A stretch of DNA of 64,000 bases from Macrostomum lignano (taxonomy: Eukaryota), in assembly GCA_002269645.1 (NCBI GenBank), contig NIVC01001629.1, positions 1 to 64,000 of the forward strand. The letters run 5' to 3'. Position 1 is the first letter of the stretch. Each line of letters starts with the position of its first letter. A program made the translations under genes and the position numbers. Shown one piece after another: positions 48,131 through 58,905 of the stretch. The notes beneath the pieces were generated by a model, which searched no databases, was not told the DNA's origin, and was given only the letters and a program-made list of their open reading frames with translations.

Positions 48131-49154
48131 CTTTATTCCTTTATTCAGTATAGGGCGAATTTTCCGCGAGTTCAACCAGCACAAATTCTGCTCAATTGGC
48201 AACGGAGATGAAGGTGAAAGGCATCACCGAGCCTCGCAGTGGGTGGTCGCGTCCAGACGGGGATTTCCTGCAATAAAAACCTGAGCTCCAATTTAATAAT
48301 TGCTTTTCCCAACCAGCCCCAGGATCCAAGTGATGTCGATAAAAGCCTACCTGCCAGCCGCCTGGCTGCTCACCGCCCCCGCTGCGCAAACAATAATTCA
48401 TCCCATAAATGGATTCTAATAATTAATTAATTGCTAAATTTGGCAAGGCTCGCCTAGAAGGGCAAGAGAGGCCTTGGCAACAGCATCAATTTTACAACCT
48501 CTGCAGCTTGATGCAGATAAGCAACTGAGAGGCAAATCTGTTTCGTGTTCCTCGGGTTCCGGCTTGGGGAGGGAGCGGGGTTCGCGGCTCTTCTAGGAGC
48601 AGAAGCCGCCGCACGCACCCGACTGTTAGGAGGGGGGGGGGGTTGAACCCGAGGGCGGAGCTCGCCCCCCCCCCACCCCCCCCCAGCTGCCTCTTCCTCT
48701 CCAGTTCCGGTTTTTTTCCAAAAAAAACTGCGCGCGCTTCGTTGGCCAGTCCGACACGCAGCATCCGCTGGGCCTCATCTGCCCCCCTCCCCGCCCACAT
48801 CTCCCCCTACTAGCGACAGCCCCCCTAGTAAAATGCATGATTCCCGCTTCCCTCGCGGCAACAAGAATTGCCGAGGCCCACAGGAGAGGGCGAACAAGTC
48901 GGTTTTTGTTGGCCTCCCCAAACTAAAAATGGGCAGCAGGCAGCAGCGGCTGATCCCGATTCTGGAGGCCGGATCGATCACTGGGGCCGGCAGATGCTGA
49001 TTGGGCAGGCAGGGGGGGGGCGGATACCGGGGCCGGGTTGCCCAGCATTTATAGCTGGCCAAGGTTGAAATGCCTTCTCTCGGTGCGAAGTAGCGAATAT
49101 CAGCTTTGGGCGCTGAATAAGCATTGAATAACGGACTGCCCGTCTCTCGGTCAG

Positions 49155-49435
49155 GTGAGTTTCTAATTATAGAAAATTTCTAAACATTAATCGATTCCCT
49201 AATGCCTATGTTCTTTGTTAGTTCTCAGGCGATGGGGGGGAGGAAGCTGAGGATGAAGTATGAGGATGTACTGATGCGGCTCAGTGAGCACGCAGCTTCG
49301 CTAATGAGAGGCAGGCAGGCGAGAGGAGGAGGGAAGAGAAGGGGAGAACTGCACTGGGCCGCATTGTCCTCAACCCGGATGCCTCAATAGGGGCAGCTTC
49401 CGCAGTCTGAGCTCAGTTTTCAGGCCTCCCCACAG
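49155..49435 (+). other. Probable 5'-UTR intron of the EGFR-like gene
   Basis: CAG|GTGAGT donor at 49155. Acceptors TTTCAG (49423) or CCCACAG (49435) lie upstream of the ATG at 49493. Confidence 0.5.
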
Positions 49436-49492
49436 CTCTAAATCCTTACTCAACTCACGCAGACTGAGCTGCCCTCCAACTGAGTCTCGGCG

Positions 49493-52400
49493 ATGCTGCG
49501 CCCCCCGCTGCTGCTGCTGCTGCTGACCGCCGCCAGCCCGACCTGCCTCGCTGAGGTGGCCTTCAGCAAGATCTGCAAGGGCCTCGAGCTCACCCAGCTG
49601 GACTACGCCGGGCCCGAAGACCTGCCGGGCCTGAGGAGCAGCCTGCGGGACATGGTGGCCGGCTGCCAGTACATCCACGGCGACCTCGTGCTGAAGGAGA
49701 TCGGCGTTGACCGCGCCACCGGCCGCCTGCTCGACGACAGCATCCGGGACATGGAGACGGACTTCCTGGACTCCATTGTCGAGATCAGCGGCCGGCTGGT
49801 CATCCAGCAGGTCAGCCTTCGCCGGGTTCGCCTCGCCAGCCTGCGCGTCATCCGCGGCGGCGGCGCCAGCCAGACGGAGCCCGCCCTGGAGCTGGCCTTG
49901 TGCGTCCACCCCATGGAGCTGCTGCTGCCCAGCCTCACCGCCATCTTGCGCAACGACGTCCGCATCTTCGGCACGGTCGACTCCGGCCTGCTGTGCCGCC
50001 TGAACTCCACCGTTGACTGGGCGGCCATCTTCGAGGCGCCGGAGCAGCAGCGCTTCATCACCGAGACCGTCGCAGAGTGCACCGTCAACAGCGTCTCCGT
50101 CGGCAACTGCAGCAACGCCTGCAGCACCGCGCCGGAGGCTGCCCGCAGCTGCAGCGCCGACTGTTCCAGAGGCCGGTGCTGGTCAGCCAGCGTCTGCCAG
50201 GCGGTGAGCCGCTGCAGCAACCCCTACAGGCCCTGCCGCAGCTGCTATCTGGACACCCGCAGCGGCCTGGAGGAGTGCTGCGACACGGAGTGCCTCGGCG
50301 GCTGCACCGGCCGCGGCCGCAGGGACTGCAACTCCTGTCAGGGCGTCAGCTACAACGGCTCCTGCCACGCCAGCTGCCCCGGCTCGCTGAAGTTCGACGC
50401 GTTCGATTCGAAGCTGCAGAGCAGCAACACCTCCCTGGTGCGCGTCGGCAACGTGTGCAAAAGCAAATGCCCGCCCCAGTTCGTGCTGGACCTGAGCCGC
50501 CAGTTCTGCTTGGCCGCCTGCCCCGCCTCGCAGACCCCCGCCGACGGCCGCTGCGCCCGCTGCGGCGACGAATTCGGCGAACAGAAGAACTGTCGCGTCT
50601 GCGAAAGCGCCGAGCGCAACTTCAACGACGGCGTGGCGAGCGACTTCTCCAACTGTTCGGTGTGGAAGTTCGGCAGCTCCGTCACCCTGGACGGAACGAA
50701 GCCCAACACTTCTGCCGCTGCCCTGTCCGCCCTGGCTTCCGCCCGCTACCTGTACGGGGACCAGTTCCGCATCTCCAACTCCGAGCTGCTGGCCTCCAAC
50801 CTGTCGGTGCTCAGCAGCCTGCGGCACGTGTCGGGCAACCTCATCTTGATGAACATGCGGACCAGCTTCCTCGGCCTGTCCAACCTGGAGACCGCCAAGA
50901 AGCTGGTGCTGTTCCGAGTCAGCGGTCTCTGCCGCGCCTGGTTCCCGGCCGGGTTCCTGCAGGAGAACGAGACCCGGCGCCGCTACTCCGTCACAATCCG
51001 CGGCGAAGTCTCCTTCGCGCCGGACGACGATCCCGACTGCGCCGGCGCCGTCTGCGACCGCCGCTGCGCTGCCGGCGAGTGCTGGGGCCCCGGGCCAGTC
51101 GGCTGCGTCGCCTGCACCGGAGTCCGCGTTCGAGGCGTCTGCCAGGACAACTGCCTCGTTGCTGGCGGCTACCCGAACCCGCTGGCCGCGAGCGAGCACC
51201 GGCACGAACCGTGCCTGCCCTGCCACGGCGAGTGCGCGCCCGGCCGCGGCTGCCTCGGCCCCGGCCCCGACGAGTGCATCGCCTGCCGGAACTACCGAGA
51301 GGACGGCGTCTGCGTGGCCGCCTGCGGCAGCCAGCTGGAGCCTGACGCCGACGGCGAGTGCTACGCGGCGGCCGCGGCTCGCTTCGCAGGCCTGGCAGCA
51401 GGCCTGGCGCTGTTGGTGCTGGCGCTGCTGGCGCTGGGCCTCCTTGGTGGCTGGCACTACAGGCGGCAGGTCCGCAAGTACGAAATGGTGGAGCTGGACG
51501 AGTACCTGGCCGACCCCAGCAACCCGAGCGACATGGTCCGGCTGCTCATCGTCAACAATGACGACGTTGTCAAGCAGAAGGAGATCGGCAGCGGCGCGTT
51601 CGGCACCGTGTACCGCTGCCTGCTGCGCACCGACACCGTCAAGGGTGTCCGCGAGCTGCCGGTGGCCGTCAAGGTCCTCCGCGGCAACAACCCAAAGCTC
51701 GGTCAGGAGCTGCTCAGCGAGGCCAGCGTGCTGGCGCGAGTGCAGCATCCGCACTGCGTCCGGCTGGTGGCGCTGTGCATGACCGCGGAGGTGCAGCTCA
51801 TCACGGCGCTGATGCCGCGCGGCTGCCTGCTCAGCTTCCTGCGCGACCATCGCGGCGGCATCGGGGCGGAGCGGATGCTGAACTGGGCGCTGCAGGTGGC
51901 GGAGGGCATGGCCTACCTGGAGAGCATCAGCATTGTGCACCGCGACCTGGCCGCTCGCAACGTCCTGCTGAAGACCCCGGACGAGGTGAAGATCACGGAT
52001 TTTGGGCTGGCCCGGCTGCTGCAGGAGAGCGAGCGCGAGTTCGTGTACACCTCCGGAGCGCTGCCGGTGAAGTGGCTCGGCCTCGAGTGCTTCGAGTCGG
52101 GCGTCTTCAGCCACCAGTCAGACGTGTGGAGCTACGGCGTGCTGCTGTGGGAGATCTGTTCCTACGGCGAGTCGCCCTACAGACCGTACCGCATCGCCTC
52201 GGTGGAGGACATCACCGGCCTGCTGAAGAAGGGCATCCGGCTGAACCAGCCCGACATCTGCAGTGTGGACTTCTACAACATCATGCTGGCCTGCTGGCTG
52301 CCCTTCCCCGATTCGCGGCCCAAGTTCTACGACCTGACGGCCAGCATGAAGGACTGCCTGCTCTGCCCGTCCAAGTACATCGCCGCCAGGAACGCGGCGG

Positions 52401-52768
52401 CCACCGAAGTGGACATGGAGAAGGCGGAGCTCGTCCACTTCATGGCGCAGCACCAGCCGCCTCCGGCCGAGCATCGTCGCGTCGCGGAAGTCGCCGACGA
52501 CAGCGGCTACGCGCCAATGGCGGACGCGGCGCCGGAGCGGCAGCGGGCGGGCGCGAACTCCTACGTGAATGAGCCGCAGCTGCGGTCGCGCCCGGCCACT
52601 AACGGCTGCCCGACGTCAGCGGAAGCCGCGGGCACCGGCGACTATCTGGTGCCGGAGGCGCGGCCGGCCACCGCCGCGTATGACGAGCCCGACGCTGGGT
52701 ACCTGGTGCCTCAGCAGCCGCAGCCGGTGGACATCGATGACGACTATTTGGCGCCGACCAAGAGCTGA
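49493..52768 (+). CDS. EGFR: EGFR/ErbB-family receptor tyrosine kinase, intronless CDS, 1091 aa
   Basis: Signal peptide, L1 (GCQYIHGDL..IVEISGRLVI), furin-like Cys-rich region, divergent L2, CWGPGP/CLGPGPDECIAC domain IV, TM, then kinase GSGAFGTVY, VAVK, HRDLAARNVL, KITDFGLA, PVKW..LE, SDVWSYGV. Tyr-rich tail. Confidence 0.96.
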   Translation: MLRPPLLLLLLTAASPTCLAEVAFSKICKGLELTQLDYAGPEDLPGLRSSLRDMVAGCQYIHGDLVLKEIGVDRATGRLLDDSIRDMETDFLDSIVEISGRLVIQQVSLRRVRLASLRVIRGGGASQTEPALELALCVHPMELLLPSLTAILRNDVRIFGTVDSGLLCRLNSTVDWAAIFEAPEQQRFITETVAECTVNSVSVGNCSNACSTAPEAARSCSADCSRGRCWSASVCQAVSRCSNPYRPCRSCYLDTRSGLEECCDTECLGGCTGRGRRDCNSCQGVSYNGSCHASCPGSLKFDAFDSKLQSSNTSLVRVGNVCKSKCPPQFVLDLSRQFCLAACPASQTPADGRCARCGDEFGEQKNCRVCESAERNFNDGVASDFSNCSVWKFGSSVTLDGTKPNTSAAALSALASARYLYGDQFRISNSELLASNLSVLSSLRHVSGNLILMNMRTSFLGLSNLETAKKLVLFRVSGLCRAWFPAGFLQENETRRRYSVTIRGEVSFAPDDDPDCAGAVCDRRCAAGECWGPGPVGCVACTGVRVRGVCQDNCLVAGGYPNPLAASEHRHEPCLPCHGECAPGRGCLGPGPDECIACRNYREDGVCVAACGSQLEPDADGECYAAAAARFAGLAAGLALLVLALLALGLLGGWHYRRQVRKYEMVELDEYLADPSNPSDMVRLLIVNNDDVVKQKEIGSGAFGTVYRCLLRTDTVKGVRELPVAVKVLRGNNPKLGQELLSEASVLARVQHPHCVRLVALCMTAEVQLITALMPRGCLLSFLRDHRGGIGAERMLNWALQVAEGMAYLESISIVHRDLAARNVLLKTPDEVKITDFGLARLLQESEREFVYTSGALPVKWLGLECFESGVFSHQSDVWSYGVLLWEICSYGESPYRPYRIASVEDITGLLKKGIRLNQPDICSVDFYNIMLACWLPFPDSRPKFYDLTASMKDCLLCPSKYIAARNAAATEVDMEKAELVHFMAQHQPPPAEHRRVAEVADDSGYAPMADAAPERQRAGANSYVNEPQLRSRPATNGCPTSAEAAGTGDYLVPEARPATAAYDEPDAGYLVPQQPQPVDIDDDYLAPTKS

Positions 52769-52778
52769 ACGACTCTGA

Positions 52779-53018
52779 TTGGACTGGAGTTTGTGTTGTT
52801 CCCGACTCTCATTTGGACTGGAGTTTGTGTTGTTCCCGACTCTCATTTGGACTGGAGTTTGTGTTGTTCCCGACTCTCATTTGGACTGGAGTTTGTGTTG
52901 TTCCCGACTCTCATTTGGACTGGAGTTTGTGTTGTTCCCGACTCTCATTTGGACTGGAGTTTGTGTTGTTCCCGACTCTCATTTGGACTGGAGTTTGTGT
53001 TGTTCCCGACTCTCATTT
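52779..53018. repeat. 35-nt minisatellite in the EGFR-like 3' UTR
   Basis: About 7 copies of TTGGACTGGAGTTTGTGTTGTTCCCGACTCTCAT(T), 10 nt after the stop. AATAAA at ~53090. Confidence 0.92.
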
Positions 53019-53363
53019 GCCAGAGCATCGTGACTCTTATAAAAAGATCTTCACAGTTTTGAAGCGTTATTTCCCTCACTACAGTGGTTAATAAAAATAT
53101 TAAAGAAGCTTAAGTGTAATATGTATATATAAATTTGCTTATTCAAATACAAAAGTACTCGATGTCATCTAATAAACGGTTAAGACTACTGTCAGTAGAG
53201 GCGCTCTGGTCTCAGTTGATCTTCAGAAGTGTAGAAGGCGCCCAAAGCAGCGTTCAACATCTCCAGAAAAGTTCTATGGCCAGAGCCTGCAGCGGCAGGC
53301 GGATCCCAGCTCAGATATCTTGCACATCTCTCGGCTTCTATCAGCAGATTTTGTTGCAGCACG

Positions 53364-53920
53364 ATGAGCCCCGAATTCTCAGCAGCGCCGACCGCGCCTC
53401 GGTGCCGCAGCGAGCCCGGCGTGCAGGCTGAACATTCCGACTGCGACGCCTCGAGCTTCCACACCGAAGACGGCGGCGACTGCTGGACACGCAGACCGTC
53501 TGGAAGCCGAGCGACATCGCCGACCTACTGGACACGCAGACCGTCTGGAAGCCGAGCGACATCGCCGAGCTTCAGCAGCTCCTGGAGCCCCCCGCCGAGT
53601 CCATCGACTTCCCCGAGGCCGAAGATCCCGACGATGACGGCTGCTCACCCGCGATGAAGTCCCGCAGCCGGGAGCCGCGGCTGCCGCAGCTTCCGCCATC
53701 TCTGCCGCACCGCCTGCAGGAGCTGCGGAGCCGCCTGTTGGCCGCTGAGGCCGCGGCTGCTGCTGACGGCGAAGGCGCCGAGGCTGAGGCAGCGGCGGCG
53801 GCGGCAGTGGCAGCGGCGGCGGAGCTGGCGGACGCGGAGGACGCGGCCTACTGGGAGTGGCACCTGCAGCTCTGCCGGGCAGGTGGCGGCACAGAGTTCC
53901 AGCCTCTGCCCGACATCTGA
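53364..53920 (+). CDS. Small uncharacterised acidic/Ala-rich protein (~185 aa), one apparent -1 frameshift
   Basis: ATG 53364 follows acceptor TTGCAG. The frame slips at 53480 (GAC/CTG share one C, while the duplicated copy reads GAC CTA CTG). Continues LLDTQTVWKPSDIA x2 ... YWEWHLQLC..EFQPLPDI*. Confidence 0.6.
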
Positions 53921-55179
53921 ATGATGCCATTGAAGATGCTCAGTTGCTATGCCACTGGCTACTCAAGGCCGCAACAAAGACTTTATCAAATATAGTCTTT
54001 GTCCCGAACCGAATGCCTTGATAATAGTAATAAGCAGTTTGTTTCAGGGAAGCCAGCAGTTTACACATTTTAGTCAAATCAATAGAATTGAAAAGTACAG
54101 ACAATGCAAGCTTAAAGTTTAAACAAATACTTTTGTCTTTTACTTTTACTAAATTTTACAAATACTTTTGGCAGCGAGTTAGCGCGTTCTCGGGTTTAGT
54201 TAATGAGCCCTGGGCTGTGGCTCCCTGAGCAGCGAGATGATAAACAGATCCTGTCAGATCCTGCCAGATGCTCCCAGATACTCCCAGATTCTCGTAGATC
54301 CTGCCAGATTCTCCCAGATGCTCCCAGATCCTGTCAGATACTCCCAGATCCTCCCAGATCATTTCAGATTCTCCCAGATCCTGCCAGAAGCACCCAGTCA
54401 CCCAGATGCTTGCAGAACCTACATGCAGTTTGCTAATTTGTTTACGTAATCCACTGCATCAAGTATTATTCAGTTCTTCGCTCGATAAAAAAACTTAAAT
54501 CTTTAAATGTTGCCACCGTTTTTGCGAACAATGTCTATGGCTGCGAGCCTCCTTCAGGTGAGCATTCTGGCACTGGGGTGGGCATGTGAAAGGAGGACAG
54601 TTTTAGAATTTCACCTCCATCCTCTGCCCCAGAAAAAGCAAAGATTTGAACGCGACTCGAGCCCTTCGTTGTCTGACCTGAGCCGATATTCAGGCTTGCA
54701 TAGCAGCGTTTCGGAGGCTGACACTGAGATTCTGAGATGCTGCATAGCTGATGTTCTCAATCCATATTTCTAACTGTACGCGTATTTTACCATGCGCGCT
54801 TGCGGGATTTTGCAACGAAGTACGTCAGGCCTTATAGCCCTGCAGTGTGCGACAAAAGGCCCCTCTGTCTGGCACAGCAGCCTCCGTTCTCCATTCTCAA
54901 GCATTCACGTTCACGGCAGCGCAATTTCACTGCAGATTTACAGTGTACACTTAACCGCCCCAGCCAACTAGCTCTCCGTCTCTCTTTGGCGCTGCTGCGA
55001 GGGCGGCTCTTCCGATGCAGCACAGCTGCTGTGCTACCCCCCCCCCCCACCCAACCGAAAGCAGTGGCTCCGCACAAAGGCGCAGAAACGCCGGACAAAA
55101 ATAGCTTTTCAGAGTCCATTTAGTAGACTGGCCATCTCGATTTCTGCTGGGGCAGACCTTGGACTGCAGACTGGTGACT

Positions 55180-55932
55180 GAAGGCGTCACTGAGCCAGCC
55201 AAGGCGTCACTGAGCCAGCCAAGGCGTCACTGAGCTAGCCAAAGGCGTCACTGAGCCAGCCAAAGGCGTCACTGAGCCAGCCAAAGGCGTCACTGAGCCA
55301 GCCAAAGGCGTCACTGAGCCAGCCAAAGGCGTCACTGAGCCAGCCAAAGGCGTCACTGAGCCAGCAAAAGGCGTCACTGAGCCAGCAACCAAGGCGTCAC
55401 TGAGCCAGCCAAGGCGTCACTGAGCCAGCCAAGGCGTCACTGAGCCAGCCAAGGCGTCACTGAGCCAGCCAAGGCGTCACTGAGCCAGCCAAGGCGTCAC
55501 TGAGCCAGCCAAGGCGTCACTGAGCCAGCCAAGGCGTCACTGAGCCAGCCAAGGCGTCACTGAGCCAGCCAAGGCGTCACTGAGCCAGCCAAGGCGTCAC
55601 TGAGCCAGCCAAGGCGTCACTGAGCCAGCCAAGGCGTCACTGAGCCAGCCAAGGCGTCACTGAGCCAGCCAAGGCGTCACTGAGCCAGCCAAGGCGTCAC
55701 TGAGCCAGCCAAGGCGTCACTGAGCCAGCCAAGGCGTCACTGAGCCAGCCAAGGCGTCACTGAGCCAGCCAAGGCGTCACTGAGCCAGCCAAGGCGTCAC
55801 TGAGCCAGCCAAGGCGTCACTGAGCCAGCCAAGGCGTCACTGAGCCAGCCAAGGCGTCACTGAGCCAGCCAAGGCGTCACTGAGCCAGCCAAGGCGTCAC
55901 TGAGCCAGCCAAGGCGTCACTGAGCCAGCCAA
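55180..55932. repeat. 20-nt minisatellite AAGGCGTCACTGAGCCAGCC
   Basis: About 37 copies, near-perfect. Ends ~40 nt before acceptor CCCGCAG (55971). Confidence 0.96.
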
Positions 55933-55978
55933 ACCACAGAGCTCACTCAGCCATCCCTGCTTAGCCCGCAGTCCCGGC

Positions 55979-57449
55979 ATGCAGGCGGGCCGCGCTGTCA
56001 CGGTCGGCCTCGTCGCGGTGCTGCTGACGATGCGGCTCCTGCAGAAGGCCATGGAGTTCCAATTCATTGGACTGGCCGCCATGGACTCCAACGCGAGCAG
56101 AGTGGAGGGGGCGTGTCGGACTCGGCCTCAGCGCTGTCCTGGATGTACACCTGCCGCTACCTGCTCCCAGTGCTGGGCGGCCTGCTGGCCTGCTGGATCG
56201 GCCACGTGCGCACCCTGCAGCTGGGCGGCTGCGTCCTGCTGGCATCGGCTGGCTCCATGGCCGGCGCCGTGTACACCGACCAGTGGCGCCCGGACTCTGG
56301 CGCCGCGCTGACCGCCTGCGCCCTCATGCTGGTCTACAACGGCCTGGTGATCCCCAACGTGATGTACGCAGTGCTGAGCAAGCGGACGAGGCCGCAGCGC
56401 CGCACGGTGCTCTGCGCGCTCGTCTACATGTCCTCCGCGGCCGGCCTGTTTGTGGGCATCCAGGTGCAGCACCTGCTGACCAACCCGAGCGTTGGCAAGC
56501 ACTGCAGCCTCGTCTGGCTGGCCTTCGCCCTCGCCTTTGCCGCTCTCGCCTTCCTAGCGCTGCGCGGCTTGACGCAGCAGCCGCGATGGCGCCGAGCTCC
56601 GGGCAGCTCGACACGGCTTCGCCGCCGCCGTTCCCGAAGCTGCTGTGCGACTGCGGGCACGTCCTGCTGCCGACTCGGAGCCGTCTGAAGCGCAGCTGCA
56701 TCGTCTTCGGGACGCTGATCCCCTTCCTGGCGGGTCTGTGCGATGACCGGTCCTCGGCCTTCAACGCGCAGCGGGCGCTGCAGCCGCTCATCGCCAACTC
56801 CAGCGGCGAAGACTTCCGGCCTAGCGACCTCTCAGGCGGCGCGCTGCTGGCAGTCAGCCTGGTGGCCGTCAACGGAGGTCTGGTGGTCGCCGCCTGCTGC
56901 CTGCGTAGTCGCAGACGTCTCCCAGTGCAGCCGCGGCTCCTGGCGGGCATCGTCATGAAGGCGGCCCTGGAGCTGGCGCTGGCGGCAGTCAGTGGCGTTG
57001 GGCTGGCCGATCCGGTGGCCGTGTCCGCGGTGTACACCGCTTCTACAGTGGTGGACGCGACCGCCGCCGCGCTGACGATGGTGGCCGCCTACGAGCTGAT
57101 GGACAGCTTCGAGCGGGACGCCGCAATGCCACTGATTTTCGGCATCATGCTGACTGTGTAGGGTCTCGCGAACTTGGCCAGCCGCTGTATTGTCGCCATC
57201 TGCAACCGCCTGCCGCCCGACAACCCGATCCTGCAGCCGAGCTCCGGCAAGCCGCCTCTGCTGTTCGTCTACCACTCGCTGCTGCTGGCGCTGCTGCTGC
57301 TGAGCCTCGCCTTCTGGCGGCTGTTCGCCCTGCGGCTTGCCCGCTCACTGCAGCTGGTCTACGAGGACGAGGGGCCTCCGGAGGCTGCCGGCTCTGCAGA
57401 CGATGGCGAGGACAGGCCGCTGTTGCCGACTGCGGAGCAGCTGGGCTGA
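55979..57449 (+). CDS. Divergent MFS transporter, POT/PTR2 (SLC15)-like, interrupted by two -1 frameshifts and one in-frame TAG (possible pseudogene or assembly error)
   Basis: ORFs 55979, 56113, 56067 and 57174 join into ~490 aa with ~11-12 hydrophobic segments. YLLPVLGGLLACWIGHVRT resembles POT YxxPxLGGxLADxxxGxxRT. PRLLAGI and AAYELM..LIFGIMLTV resemble the POT C-terminal half. Stop at 57159-57161. Confidence 0.6.
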
Positions 57450-58905
57450 TGAAGCCGCTTGGAAGCTGGGCTGAACTGTCTTTACATGTAACTGCAGTAT
57501 TCAAGTAACTGTAGTTCTGCAGTAGGTTCTTAGTTACAGTAGGGATCTATAATCTGCAGTCAGAGCAGCTTCAATCTCTTGCTTGTGACTCGTAAAGTAC
57601 GACAGCAGCTTTAGTCTTCATGCCGAAAGAGTTGTAACTTTCTGTAATTGTCTGTAACTTTCTGTAACTTATATGTAATTGTCTGTAACCTTCTGTAATT
57701 GTCTGTAATTGTCTGTAACCTTCTGTAATTGTCTGTACTTGTCTCTAATTGTCTGTACTTGTCTGTAACTTTCAGTAATTGTCTGTAAATTTCTGGAAGA
57801 GCATATTCCCCGTTTAACACCGAGTCAAATCCCCTTTTACCGAAGCAGCAAAATACAGAAATCCAGAAGCCAGAAAACTCAAAAGACAGTTTCGGTTTTA
57901 AAAGGCGTGACAATGCTCTTCAGCCAGGCAACCCGAGCGGGCGGCAACTTCATCAAAGACTCAGGGCGCTGGCGCTGTTTTTTTTCGGCCAGGCGGAAAG
58001 CGGAAGGCTGAGGGCGGCCTCTGAGGCTCGGAAATAAGCAGAGAATAGCAAACTGGCAGAGAGCTCCATGAGCTTGCAGGGCAGTCGAGTACAGAGAGAA
58101 GTAGTGCTGAGCAATCTGTGTTCTATATAATGCGGGATCTGTTCTTGGGATTCGTGATCTTCTTTGGGACTTGGGTCTTTTTGGGATTTGGGATCTTTTG
58201 GGATTTGGTATCTTCTCTGGGATTTGGGGTCTTTTTGGGATGTATGAACTTTCTGTGGGATGTGGGATTTATTTGGGATTTGGGAGCTTCTCTGGGATTT
58301 GGGATCTTTTTTGGGATTTGGGGTCTTTTCTGGGATTTTGGGTCTTTTTTAGGATGTATGAACTTGTGGGATCTTATTTGGGATTTTGAATCTTTTTGGG
58401 ATTTTGGATTCTCTGAGATTTGGGGTCTTTTTGGGGAAGTGGGACCTTTTTTAGAATGTGGGATCTGTTTTAGGATTCGGACCTGTTGGAGATTTAGGAT
58501 GTGTTGTTTAGGATTTGGGATTAGTGATTTCATATTATTTCAAGTCCACAATCCACGACATTGGGGTCTCAGATTCGGGAATCAGCAGCAGAGGACTCAA
58601 GTTGAGTAAGCTCAGCCTTCGCTGCAATGCAGGACATTGGCAGCAAATGCTGGATTAGAAAAAGCAATGTAGATTTGGGATCCCACAGCACAGCAAATCT
58701 CACAAGCAGAAGCAACAAGGCGGGCGATGAGCAAATTTTTCTCTGGCGCAGAAATTTAAACATCGACAGTAACAGCCGCGACTGACTACTCGCTCAGGAA
58801 AGTAGAAATATATGCATATAAAAGGCAAAGGAGCGCAGAGCAGTGCGGTCAGTTTTGGCCAGCCGGCTCCGGCAACCTGCCGCTGAGGCCCGGCAGACCG
58901 CGGCA

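Noticed and set aside
50183-52114. Long antisense or alternative-frame ORFs over GC-rich exons (643 aa at 50183-52114 minus, 50077-51345, 23684-24847, 6846-7931, 21005-21964)
   Set aside because: Shadow ORFs caused by high GC3 codon bias of the real genes. No recognisable domains.
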